Shown here: positions 41,121 to 50,010 of the stretch, in pieces
How the letters are laid out: the number at the start of each line of letters is the position of its first letter
Numbering within the stretch: position 1 is the stretch's first letter
Source of the DNA: Parcubacteria group bacterium Licking1014_17
Lineage (GTDB): Bacteria; Patescibacteriota; Minisyncoccia; 2-02-FULL-40-12; IGHO2-01-FULL-4-A
Direction: 5' to 3'
DNA: 64,000 bases
Assembly: GCA_007376485.1 (NCBI GenBank)
Contig: VMGJ01000001.1
Location: 41,788-105,787 of the forward strand
Program-made: the position numbers and the translations under genes
Notes under the pieces: model-generated
What the model was told of the DNA's origin: nothing
Databases searched by the model: none
Seen by the model: only the letters and a program-made list of their open reading frames with translations

Positions 41121-41157
41121 TTAAATATTTTATCTCTGGCATCATTTACTTATATTT

Positions 41158-41880
41158 ATGCCGAATCCATCTTTATTCCCTTCAATAAAAATGGTCTGCG
41201 ATATTGAAACCGTTGGCGAGGATTTTGATTCTCTGGATAAAACCACGCAAGATGTTCTGACGGACTGGATAAGAAAAGAATCGGGGACCGAGGAAGAATA
41301 CAGAGTGGCGCTTGAAGAACTGAAAAACCGGCTGGGATTTTCGCCTCTTACGGCACAGGCGGTGGCGGTCGGGCTTCTGGACGTTGACGGCGACAAAGGC
41401 GCCGTTTATTATCAGAATCCGGCGGATAAAAATCAGGAATCCGAAGAAGGCGGAATAAAATACAAAGCAATGTCCGAACCGGAAATGCTTTCAAAATTCT
41501 GGGAGTTGGCGGGCAAGTGCAGGGAAGTGATTACTTTCAATGGGCGGTCTTTTGACGTCCCGTTTTTGATTATCCGCTCCGCCGTCCATAAAATCCGCCC
41601 AAGTGTGAATCTTATGCCGCCGCGTTTTGCCTCCGACTCGCGCCATATAGATTTGCTTGACCAGCTCACTTATTACGGCTCCGTCAGGAAAAAAGGTAAT
41701 CTGCATTTATGGTCAAGAGTTTTCGGCATAACAAGCCCGAAAGAACAGGGGGTTAAAGGCGAAGACGTCGGGCGGCTTTTCAAAGAAGGCAAATATCTGG
41801 AGATTGCTAAATACAACGCGGGCGACCTATTCGCCACCCGCGAGCTATATGAAATTTGGGACGATTACGTGAGGTTTTAG
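41158..41880 (+). CDS. DEDD 3'-5' exonuclease (PolB-exo-like)
   Basis: DIET, FNGRSFDVPF, HIDL and YNAGD motifs. Confidence 0.85.
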   Translation: MPNPSLFPSIKMVCDIETVGEDFDSLDKTTQDVLTDWIRKESGTEEEYRVALEELKNRLGFSPLTAQAVAVGLLDVDGDKGAVYYQNPADKNQESEEGGIKYKAMSEPEMLSKFWELAGKCREVITFNGRSFDVPFLIIRSAVHKIRPSVNLMPPRFASDSRHIDLLDQLTYYGSVRKKGNLHLWSRVFGITSPKEQGVKGEDVGRLFKEGKYLEIAKYNAGDLFATRELYEIWDDYVRF

Positions 41881-41912
41881 AGTAACGGTGTTCTTTTATT
41901 CGGAGGTGTAAA

Positions 41913-42128
41913 TTGAGGGACAAATACGTGAAGGCATTATGCGGTTTTTTGGGGGAAGAGGCAATCGAAGTTCTCGAGGAAAATCCCGAAAAAATAAGTG
42001 AAGCCGTGGGATTACTAAAAGTGATTGAGTCAAAATTTGGGGTGCCTCGCCATGATCAAACCCCATTACCGGGATTGGGAATTTCTCCCCCGCTGATTCA
42101 AGGTAGTTTAGATATCTGTCGCACATAG
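41913..42128 (+). CDS. Small hypothetical protein
   Basis: GGAGGTG SD, TTG start, followed by hairpin aggcgggct..agtccgcctttt. Confidence 0.5.
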   Translation: MRDKYVKALCGFLGEEAIEVLEENPEKISEAVGLLKVIESKFGVPRHDQTPLPGLGISPPLIQGSLDICRT

Positions 42129-42173
42129 TTTACCTCTGTTTCGAGCATTAGGCGGGCTGTTCCACTAAGTCCG

Positions 42174-42222
42174 CCTTTTATATTCAATCGCCCGACTTCC
42201 CGTATTCCGGTCCGAGAAAATC
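42174..42222 (+). repeat. 49-bp direct repeat, left copy
   Basis: 43/49 identical to 43018-43066. Confidence 0.85.
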
Positions 42223-42445
42223 ATTTGTAGCTTAACAGGGGATTGACTTTTTACTCTCACCTTGCTATCATATATGGCATAAGCGCACTTTGAATATAAG
42301 TTTCTTTTAGGGCTCAATAAAGCCAGTATTTTTGAATCTATTTATGAGATTTTAGCTAACTTTCAGGCAAGAGAAAATTCATTGTATAAAAAGGCCGAGT
42401 AGAAATTTAGTTAGATATTGGTTTTATTAAGTTCTAAATGACGTT

Positions 42446-42480
42446 CAAAGCAAAACCCGCCTAAGGCGGGTTTTGCTTTG
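42446..42480. terminator. Bidirectional terminator hairpin
   Basis: caaagcaaaacccgcc-taa-ggcgggttttgctttg. Confidence 0.75.
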
Positions 42481-42495
42481 CGGATTCCGGCGCTG

Positions 42496-42825
42496 CTAAT
42501 TTCCGCCGTAACCCCCGCCGCCGAAACCGTGGCTTCCGCGGAATCCTCCTCCGCCGCCTTGTCTGGGCGGGCGGGCTTCCGGCGGGCGGGCTTCGTTGAC
42601 CGTAATGGTGCGGCCGTCAAATTCCTTGCCGTTCATGCCTTCTATGGCTTTTTGGGCTTCTTCCTCCGTGGACATTTCCACAAAGCCGAATCCCTTTGAA
42701 CGGCCGGACATTCTGTCGATAATGACTGCCGCCGACTCAACCGTGCCAAACTGGGCGAATGCCTCTTTCAGCTTTTCCTCGGTTGTATCGTAAGACAATC
42801 CTCCGACGTATAATTTCTTTGCCAT
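42496..42825 (-). CDS. RRM (RNP-1) RNA-binding protein with Gly-rich tail
   Basis: KLYVGGL (RNP2) and KGFGFVEM (RNP1). Start moved to MAKK. Confidence 0.95.
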   Translation of the reverse strand: MAKKLYVGGLSYDTTEEKLKEAFAQFGTVESAAVIIDRMSGRSKGFGFVEMSTEEEAQKAIEGMNGKEFDGRTITVNEARPPEARPPRQGGGGGFRGSHGFGGGGYGGN

Positions 42826-43017
42826 TTTTTCTGTACACACAACTAAACTAATTTGCAAGTCCGACCCTCGCTACTTTTTCCCTTTCGGACTCGCACATGT
42901 TTATTTGTGTAAGGAAGTAAAAAAATAGAAGCGCTTGCATCTAATATTAATAATAAGACATTCCGGGGGAGAAAGCAATAGAAGAGCAGCTGCCGGACGG
43001 GATGGTTAACTGCTATC

Positions 43018-43066
43018 CCTTTTATATTTAGTCGCCCGACTTCCTGTATCCCGGTTCGGGAAAATC
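43018..43066 (+). repeat. 49-bp direct repeat, right copy
   Basis: 43/49 identical to 42174-42222. Confidence 0.85.
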
Positions 43067-43082
43067 TTTTTCCTCACACAGC

Positions 43083-43123
43083 GACATTCTCACATTCTTG
43101 AGAATGTGAGAATGACATATTTT
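43083..43123. repeat. 16-2-16 palindrome within a 41-bp direct repeat, left copy
   Basis: GACATTCTCACATTCT-TG-AGAATGTGAGAATGAC-atatttt. Confidence 0.92.
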
Positions 43124-43127
43124 ATAG

Positions 43128-43469
43128 GTGTGTTATGATGTATTTATGGGTGTGGGACTTTTTCATAAAAGAAATAGAAATAAAAATAAGTCTGCCAAAA
43201 CCGCCAAGCAGATGGAACGACATTTCAAGGGGATAGCCAATCACCGACGAATTGAAGTTCTACTTCTCATTGATAAGCATGGGGGAATAAGCGTGGAAGA
43301 AATAGCGGAAAGCGTTGCCTGCAATTTCAAAACAATTTCTGAACATGTGCGCCGGCTCGCGCAAGCGGGGCTTGTTGAGAAAAAATACAAGGGCCGTTTA
43401 GTCACTCACACCCTGTCTCCCTACGGTAAAATTTTTACTGAATTTATATTGACATTCTCACATTCTTGA
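43128..43469 (+). CDS. ArsR/SmtB-like winged-helix regulator
   Basis: FKGIANHRRIEVL, ISEHVRRLAQAGLV..GR. True start is probably ATG 43147. Confidence 0.85.
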   Translation: MCYDVFMGVGLFHKRNRNKNKSAKTAKQMERHFKGIANHRRIEVLLLIDKHGGISVEEIAESVACNFKTISEHVRRLAQAGLVEKKYKGRLVTHTLSPYGKIFTEFILTFSHS

Positions 43470-43491
43470 GAATGTGAGAATGTCATATTTT
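43451..43491. repeat. 16-2-16 palindrome within a 41-bp direct repeat, right copy (overlaps the ArsR stop)
   Basis: GACATTCTCACATTCT-TG-AGAATGTGAGAATGTC-atatttt. Confidence 0.92.
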
Positions 43492-43522
43492 TTGGGAAGT
43501 GTGCTAGTGTTATTATGAATAT

Positions 43523-46504
43523 ATGGATAATTTTGAGCGCGAATATAAAAAGCTCAATCCGGAGCAGAAAAAAGCCGTAGACGAGGTTGAAGGGCCGGTA
43601 ATGGTTATTGCCGGGCCAGGGACGGGGAAAACAAAGGTTTTAACTTTACGGATTGCCAATATTCTGAAAAAGACCCAGGCGGAGCCGAGGGTAATTCTAG
43701 CGCTTACTTTTACCGAAAACGGGGCGGTGACAATGCGCCGGCGGCTGGCGGAAATCATCGGCGGAGCGGCTTATGAGGTTAACTTTTCCACCTATCACGG
43801 TTTTTGCAACGGCATAATTCAGCGTTATCCCGATAAATTTCCTGCCATAATCGGCTCGACGAACATAACCGAAGTGGAACAGATTGAATTGCTGGAAAAA
43901 ATTTTAAATGGCGCTCCCCAGTCGGAATTGAAACCGTTCGGCGACCCCTTGCACCACATCAAATCAATCAAAGGAGTCATCCGCGACCTGAAACGGGAGG
44001 GCGTCTCGCCCGAAGAATTTGAAAAAGCCGTCAAAGAGGAAGAAAAAGAGTTCCGCGCCCGCGAGGATTTGTATCATGAGAAAGGAAAATACAAGGGGAT
44101 GATGAAGGGCGAGCACCAGAAAACCGAAAGCAGAATCAAGCGCAATAAATTATTAATTCCTATTTACAAGGAACACGAAAAGGCTTTACGGGAGGGCAAG
44201 CGCTATGATTATGAGGATATGATAGTCAGCGTGCTTGATGTTTTAAGAGAGGACAAGGAATTCCTTCTGCTCCTGCAGGAGCAATATCAGTATTTTCTAG
44301 TTGACGAACATCAGGACACAAACAACGCCCAAAACAAAATTCTTGAACTTCTGGCGGGTTATTTTGACAGGCCGAATCTTTTCGTGGTTGGCGACGAAAA
44401 GCAGGCGATTTACAGATTTCAGGGCGCTTCCATCGAAAATTTTTTGTATTTCAGGAATTTATATAAAGACGTTAAGTTAATAAATCTGAACAGCAATTAC
44501 CGCTCGACCCAGACAATTTTAGACGCCGCCATCGGTTTAATGGCGGGAAGAGATAATATTTCAGGACTAAAAGCCGAAACCGGCAATAAGGAAAAGCCGG
44601 TGATGATTTACGGTTTCAGTCTGCCGGCGGTTGAGTATTATTTTATTGCGCGCGACATCAAGCAGAAAATCAAGGAAGGCGCCGATCCGGGAGAAATCGC
44701 GGTTTTTTGCCGGACCAACCGCGAAACCTCACCTATAAGCAGGACTTTTGAAAAATTAGGCGTGCCATTCATTAACGAATCGGAATACAGCGTTCTTGAT
44801 GATGTTGACGGCAAAGCGTTTATTTCCATCCTGCGGGCGGTTAATAATTTCGGCGAAAGCGAATATTTGATTTCATTGCTCCATCTGGACATTTTTGGCA
44901 TTAAACCGCTTGATGCCTATAAAATAATCGCCTATGCCGGCGGAAAAAATTTGTATGAGATTATAAAGTCCGAGGAAAAATTAAAATCAGCCGGCGTTGA
45001 GGATGAGGAAGTGCCGATGGAACTTTATAAGAAATTGGAAAATTGGAACATAAAGGCGAACAACGAAAATTTAATAAACGTCTGCGAATTGATTTTGAGC
45101 GAGTCCGGACTTTTGAGGCGGGCGCTGAAAAAGCCCAACGCCGTTGATGCTGTCGGCCGTCTGGGGCGCATTTGCGACGAAGCTGAATCGCTGATAATAA
45201 GCCGGAAAAACTGCGTTTTCGGTGATTTTGTCTCTTATCTGGATACTTTAGACAAACACGAACTGACCTTCAAGTGTCGCGACAGCGAATTCGTGCCGGA
45301 AGGCAGAGTCCGGCTGATGACCGCCCATGGAGCGAAGGGGCTGGAGTTTGATTATGTTTACATAACCGGCGCCAATGATAAGCGCTGGGGCAACAGATGG
45401 CGGGCAGAATCATTCAAGCTTCCACCGCGTCTTCTGACGCTGTCCAACAAGCCGGCGGAGCAGAAAGACGAAGACGACGACGAAAGAAATCTGTTTTTCG
45501 TGGCTCTGACGCGGGCGCGCAAAGAAGCGGTTATTGTCTATTATCTTGGCACTCAAGACGGGAGAGAAGCGATGGAATCAAAATTCGTCGCTGAACTGAA
45601 AAAAGAGCTTGTGAAAAGAGGGGACACCGAAACCATAGAAAAAGAATTTATCGGGAAATCCGGCGAATTGCTGGCCCCAGCTCCTGATAAAAAACCGGAT
45701 TTGGAAGATAAAAAATTCCTGGCGGGACTTTTTGCCGAACGCGGTTTTTCGGTGACTCATTTGAATAATTATTTAAAATGCCCATGGAGATATTTTTACG
45801 TCAATCTTCTGCGCATTCCCCAAAAACGCGATGATGCCCTGATTTTCGGCAGTGTGATCCACAGGGCGCTTCAGATATTTTTCAATAAGGCGGCCGCGCT
45901 CAAAAAAGTGCCTCCCCTAACCTTACTTCTTAAAGCTCTTGAAGGCAGTTTTATTAATATGCCTTTCAACGAAAAAGAAGCGAAGGGTTGGCTCAAGCGG
46001 GGGCAGGAAGCTATTTCCGGCTGGTATAAAGCCAACAGCGGTAAATGGCGAACTGACATTTTATCCGAACTTTACATAAGCGAGGTGTGGCTGTCTCCAG
46101 AAATCCGGCTGACGGGTAAATTGGATAAGGTTGAATTGCTTGGCGGAGGATGGGTTAATGTCGTTGACTATAAAACCGGAAGGCCGAAATCGCGCGGCGA
46201 AATAGAAGGCAGAACTTATAAATCCGACGGCGGCTACAAACGCCAGCTGGTTTTTTACAAATTACTGCTGGATAAATATCAGAATGGCAAATATAAAATG
46301 AAGACGGGAGAGATTGATTTTGTGGAGCCGAACGATAGTGGAAAATACAAAAAAGAGGCGTTTGAAATTACCGGCGGCGAAACCGAAGAACTGGAAAGAT
46401 TAGTCAAAGAAAAAGCCGGAGAAATAATTAACGGAGAATTCTGGGACAAAACCTGCAGCGACCCAAAGTGCGAGTGGTGTGAACTTCATAGGAAAATCTC
46501 ATGA
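43523..46504 (+). CDS. UvrD/PcrA-family helicase fused to a PD-(D/E)XK nuclease with four Cys
   Basis: AGPGTGKT, VDEHQD, VGDEKQAIY, AKGLEF and VALTRA helicase motifs. C-terminal CPW..GKLDKV..VDYKTG..QLVFY..CSDPKCEWC. Confidence 0.92.
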   Translation: MDNFEREYKKLNPEQKKAVDEVEGPVMVIAGPGTGKTKVLTLRIANILKKTQAEPRVILALTFTENGAVTMRRRLAEIIGGAAYEVNFSTYHGFCNGIIQRYPDKFPAIIGSTNITEVEQIELLEKILNGAPQSELKPFGDPLHHIKSIKGVIRDLKREGVSPEEFEKAVKEEEKEFRAREDLYHEKGKYKGMMKGEHQKTESRIKRNKLLIPIYKEHEKALREGKRYDYEDMIVSVLDVLREDKEFLLLLQEQYQYFLVDEHQDTNNAQNKILELLAGYFDRPNLFVVGDEKQAIYRFQGASIENFLYFRNLYKDVKLINLNSNYRSTQTILDAAIGLMAGRDNISGLKAETGNKEKPVMIYGFSLPAVEYYFIARDIKQKIKEGADPGEIAVFCRTNRETSPISRTFEKLGVPFINESEYSVLDDVDGKAFISILRAVNNFGESEYLISLLHLDIFGIKPLDAYKIIAYAGGKNLYEIIKSEEKLKSAGVEDEEVPMELYKKLENWNIKANNENLINVCELILSESGLLRRALKKPNAVDAVGRLGRICDEAESLIISRKNCVFGDFVSYLDTLDKHELTFKCRDSEFVPEGRVRLMTAHGAKGLEFDYVYITGANDKRWGNRWRAESFKLPPRLLTLSNKPAEQKDEDDDERNLFFVALTRARKEAVIVYYLGTQDGREAMESKFVAELKKELVKRGDTETIEKEFIGKSGELLAPAPDKKPDLEDKKFLAGLFAERGFSVTHLNNYLKCPWRYFYVNLLRIPQKRDDALIFGSVIHRALQIFFNKAAALKKVPPLTLLLKALEGSFINMPFNEKEAKGWLKRGQEAISGWYKANSGKWRTDILSELYISEVWLSPEIRLTGKLDKVELLGGGWVNVVDYKTGRPKSRGEIEGRTYKSDGGYKRQLVFYKLLLDKYQNGKYKMKTGEIDFVEPNDSGKYKKEAFEITGGETEELERLVKEKAGEIINGEFWDKTCSDPKCEWCELHRKIS

Positions 46505-46519
46505 TGTAATTATAAATAT

Positions 46520-47146
46520 ATGGAGGAACAATTTGAGCAAAAAAAGAGCGATGCCAGTGAAGACGTTAATAGTCTTTTCGAAAAGGAAACCGTTGAACAA
46601 CTGGAAAAAACAAAAGAGGCGATATTAAATGATCCCAATTATCAAAAATACAAGAAGGGGAAAATTGATATTCCTACACTTAAGAGCCTATCCAAAGATT
46701 ATGAAGATCTGATTAGTGATAATTCCAATTTAGATAAAGAAAAGATTATTCGCTTTAGAAGCACGCTTGGAAGTTTGATAAACGATATAATCAAAAACGC
46801 CGAATCATACGCGGATATACTTATTTCCATAGAAGAATTCAAAAATACCGCTACTTATTTTCATTTGGATGATTGGGGAAAGGCGGAATGGCTGGGAAAC
46901 AAGGAAAAGACAAGAAAGAACACCCACAATTCTTTATTATCCAGTCTTGCTGGGCTTACAAGATTCTGTAGGATTGTTTTGCCAAAGGAGCTAAATATCC
47001 ATTTTTCTGACAATAAATTTTTTACCAGAAGCGAATTAGAAAATAGGGATTATATAGGCAGTTGGGCATTCTATTTAGTAAGGGGCCATATTCTGGAACA
47101 AAAACTCGAAGAGATTGAAAAAGAATTAAATAAAAGAAAGGGATAG
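46520..47146 (+). CDS. Hypothetical helical protein (AT-rich)
   Basis: 208-aa ORF filling the gap; no recognisable motif. Confidence 0.7.
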   Translation: MEEQFEQKKSDASEDVNSLFEKETVEQLEKTKEAILNDPNYQKYKKGKIDIPTLKSLSKDYEDLISDNSNLDKEKIIRFRSTLGSLINDIIKNAESYADILISIEEFKNTATYFHLDDWGKAEWLGNKEKTRKNTHNSLLSSLAGLTRFCRIVLPKELNIHFSDNKFFTRSELENRDYIGSWAFYLVRGHILEQKLEEIEKELNKRKG

Positions 47147-47169
47147 ACAGCCACACGGGTCGCCTATCC

Positions 47170-47433
47170 CTAATTCGCAAGTTGCCTCTTCCCCAATTCG
47201 GTTACTACAGAAAAGGCCCATATCAGAAGAAGGAGAGAATTGTTGTCTTCTGGTCTGATATCCTTGGGGAGACCTTTAATTTTTTCCCCCAACAGGGCAA
47301 GATGAAGATTTAACTCATCGCCCCCTGTCCTGGAGTCTCTATCGATTTTGAGGCAGAGACCAATTACTTCCGACACGAGCGTGTCGGTTTTGCTACCTCT
47401 TTCTCCTCTGTGGGACTCGAGATTTATGGGCAT
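47170..47433 (-). CDS. Small hypothetical protein
   Basis: AGGAGGTGA SD before ATG 47433; promoter TTGACT-17-TAGACT (47502-47474). Confidence 0.6.
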   Translation of the reverse strand: MPINLESHRGERGSKTDTLVSEVIGLCLKIDRDSRTGGDELNLHLALLGEKIKGLPKDIRPEDNNSLLLLIWAFSVVTELGKRQLAN

Positions 47434-47564
47434 TCTGATCACCTCCTTAAACAAGGAACTTTTGAACTGAGTGAGTCTATCATATATATCTTAATAAGTC
47501 AAACTTTTTGACGTTCATTATCTATTGACACGACAACGTTTTTGTAGTATTTATGGGTTAGTAT

Positions 47565-48926
47565 ATGATTAATCTTTGCAATCCGAAACTGGTGTTGTCG
47601 CCCATACAAGAAAGCCCGAAAACGGCCGGTTCCGGCGTTTTTGACGGATTCCGCAGCAATTTGAGGCGGTCAGCCGCCGATAAAGTATTCATGGGCGTTG
47701 CCGGAGGTTTTGGAGAATATTTCGGGGTAAATTCTTTCATCTTCAGATTATTTTTTATACTTTTAGCTTTTACGGTTAACCCGGTTATCCCTCTGGTTAT
47801 TTATCTGGCTTTTACCGCTTTTGTGCCTCTTAAGCGCGGCAATTTTAATTTTAGTTTAGCGGAAGCCGGCAAGGGTTTTCTGGTTGAAAGAAATATTTTC
47901 GGGATGGCGCTCGCGTTAGCGGGGGCGTTTATCCTTTGGAGCGATATCCTTCATTTTAATTGGGCTGACCGTAATTTAATTATCGGAGCCCTGATTTGTG
48001 TTTTGGGTTTTTATATATTGTTTAATAAAAATAACATTGTTTCTTACAAGGAAAGACTGGCACTCGGGCTTGTCATAATTGGTCTTGGAATTTTTTGGTA
48101 TGTCCGCAGCCATAATCTTTTACCGATGCGTTTGGAAATATCATGGTATCAAATATGGCCTTTGATTTTATCGGCGGTGGGCATTTCTCTAATAAGAGGC
48201 AGGAACTTGCCGACTGTGTTTTTCAGCGGAACGGCGTTGTTCGCGGCCGCTTTGGCGACTGTTTTTATAGCTCTCGGGAGTATGGTTATTACGCCGGATG
48301 CAAATATAAGCGGCGCCGAGACGAAGACGATTCAAAGGGAAATAAGCGCCAGTTCGGCAATCGCGGATATTCACACTTCAGCCGGGAAATTGTATTTGGC
48401 TGGCGGGACTATCGATGCCGCAAGAATGGATTTTGACTCCGGCCAGATCGAAATTAATTCAAACTCGCGGCTTGAGAACGGCGTCCAGAAACTTTTGATT
48501 GACGGCAGGAGAAATAATACTTACGGGCAGGGTGCGGCATTTTTGAGCGTCCAGTTGAATTCAAAAATACCCGCGAAAATTGATTTAAAAACCGGCGGCG
48601 CCCAGATTAACTTGGACTTCAGCAATCTTAACGCCGAAGAAATTAATCTGACTACCGGAGTTTCGGCGGTGACGGTGATGTTCGGAGAAAAAGCCGCCGT
48701 GACGAACATGAAAGTAAAATCCGGCGACAGTTCGATAATATTGATAATTCCAAAAATCGCGGGTGTGAGAATTCACTTCGGGGACACTGTTTTGTCGCCC
48801 GAAGCCGGTAATCTGATACAGGTTGACGATAAAACATTTGAAACCGAGAATTTTAAAACGACATACAAAAAAATATTGCTCGATTTTGATACCGGCGCTT
48901 CTTCGGTGAGTATTGTCAAGAGATAA
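47565..48926 (+). CDS. PspC-domain membrane protein with LiaF/LiaG-like regions
   Basis: LRRSAADKVFMGVAGGFGEYFG, IWPLIL; C-terminal beta-helix-like repeats. Confidence 0.8.
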   Translation: MINLCNPKLVLSPIQESPKTAGSGVFDGFRSNLRRSAADKVFMGVAGGFGEYFGVNSFIFRLFFILLAFTVNPVIPLVIYLAFTAFVPLKRGNFNFSLAEAGKGFLVERNIFGMALALAGAFILWSDILHFNWADRNLIIGALICVLGFYILFNKNNIVSYKERLALGLVIIGLGIFWYVRSHNLLPMRLEISWYQIWPLILSAVGISLIRGRNLPTVFFSGTALFAAALATVFIALGSMVITPDANISGAETKTIQREISASSAIADIHTSAGKLYLAGGTIDAARMDFDSGQIEINSNSRLENGVQKLLIDGRRNNTYGQGAAFLSVQLNSKIPAKIDLKTGGAQINLDFSNLNAEEINLTTGVSAVTVMFGEKAAVTNMKVKSGDSSIILIIPKIAGVRIHFGDTVLSPEAGNLIQVDDKTFETENFKTTYKKILLDFDTGASSVSIVKR

Positions 48927-48998
48927 CCCGCAATGATAAGGTGTTGTCGTCAATTCTTTACATGTTGATAACTCCGGTATAGAATGCAGCCATATGAA

Positions 48999-49111
48999 TC
49001 CCGTACGAAGCGGCCCTTACGGGACTGTAAATGATGGACATTATTAGCTAAAAATTATTAATCAGTAGACACAGCTTAAACCTGTGCGTTGCTGTTGCTA
49101 CTTCATACGGG
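48999..49111. mobile_element. Small MITE-like insertion with terminal inverted repeats and ATGAA duplication
   Basis: atcccgtacgaag / cttcatacgggat ends; ATGAA at 48994-48998 and 49112-49116. Confidence 0.65.
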
Positions 49112-49666
49112 ATGAACAACTCAAAAAACAATGATATGGATAGTAACGAGGGCAATAAAATGCCTGGTGGGAGTAACTTAAGAATCTATATAATAGGCGT
49201 GGCAGTGTTTATTATCGGATTGTCAATAGGTTTTGGCGTCGGGCGGAGCGGGCGCGGTGTCGGAACGAGCGGAGAGCCGCTCAAGCAATCGGCGGCTCCA
49301 ACAGCCATCTCGCTGGCTAACGGGGATAATTACATGCTGATAAAAGATCAAGCCGCCGGTTCCAAAGTTACCGTTACCGATTTGAAAGTCCAAGACAATA
49401 CATGGGTGGCAATTTACGAGGATTATAACGGAAAGCCGAGATATATCTATGGTGCCAGATTGTTCGCGGCGGGGGAACAGCACGGTATTGATGTCAAATT
49501 GATAAAACCGACCGTGCCCAGTGCCACTTATTACGCGATGTTCCATGTGGATAATGGCGACAGAGCTTTTGATTGGCAACAGGACAAAGTCATAACCGAT
49601 GATGCCGGCAAAAACTTAATATTTACGTTTCATACAACTAGTGCGCCGGCGAGCGGATCGATTTAG
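49112..49666 (+). CDS. Membrane-anchored exported hypothetical protein
   Basis: TM helix followed by beta domain (DQAAG..WVAIYED..YYAMFHVDNGD). Confidence 0.75.
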   Translation: MNNSKNNDMDSNEGNKMPGGSNLRIYIIGVAVFIIGLSIGFGVGRSGRGVGTSGEPLKQSAAPTAISLANGDNYMLIKDQAAGSKVTVTDLKVQDNTWVAIYEDYNGKPRYIYGARLFAAGEQHGIDVKLIKPTVPSATYYAMFHVDNGDRAFDWQQDKVITDDAGKNLIFTFHTTSAPASGSI

Positions 49667-49706
49667 TAGGATACGAGTGCTTTTAAGAAAATCATGTTAA
49701 GGGTAC

Positions 49707-49866
49707 GCCGATATGCCTTTTCGGGACTGAATTTCCCCCCGCGAGGAAAATTCATCTGGTGAAGCCACTGTTATTTGTCAAGACACAAACCCCGCCACTG
49801 GTGGGGTTTGATCGTTGACAAAGCCGTGCTAACAGTGGCTTCAACAGCCCGAAAAGGCATATCGGC
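49707..49866 (-). repeat. Structured intergenic element, subfamily B copy 4
   Basis: 19-bp perfect outer stem gccgatatgccttttcggg / cccgaaaaggcatatcggc; bulge gccgtgc. Confidence 0.92.
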
Positions 49867-49882
49867 TAATGCAAGCAATACA

Positions 49883-49938
49883 GATTGACCCATTCGGCAA
49901 GGTTCAGGGTCAATCCTGAGCGAAGCCGAAGGATTGAC
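49883..49938. repeat. REP-like overlapping hairpin doublet
   Basis: gattgaccc..gggtcaatc and gtcaatcct-GA-gcgaagcc-GA-aggattgac. Confidence 0.7.
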
Positions 49939-50010
49939 TTCCGGCGGTTTTTGCTTTAGTATAGACTTTCTACTTTTGAGTAATTTTTTTGTTTTAATAA
50001 CACCATTTAA

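Noticed and set aside
42857-42893. Hairpin in the RRM gene leader as a riboswitch or autoregulatory RNA
   Set aside because: Only a short stem in a single copy; no comparative support is available in this window.
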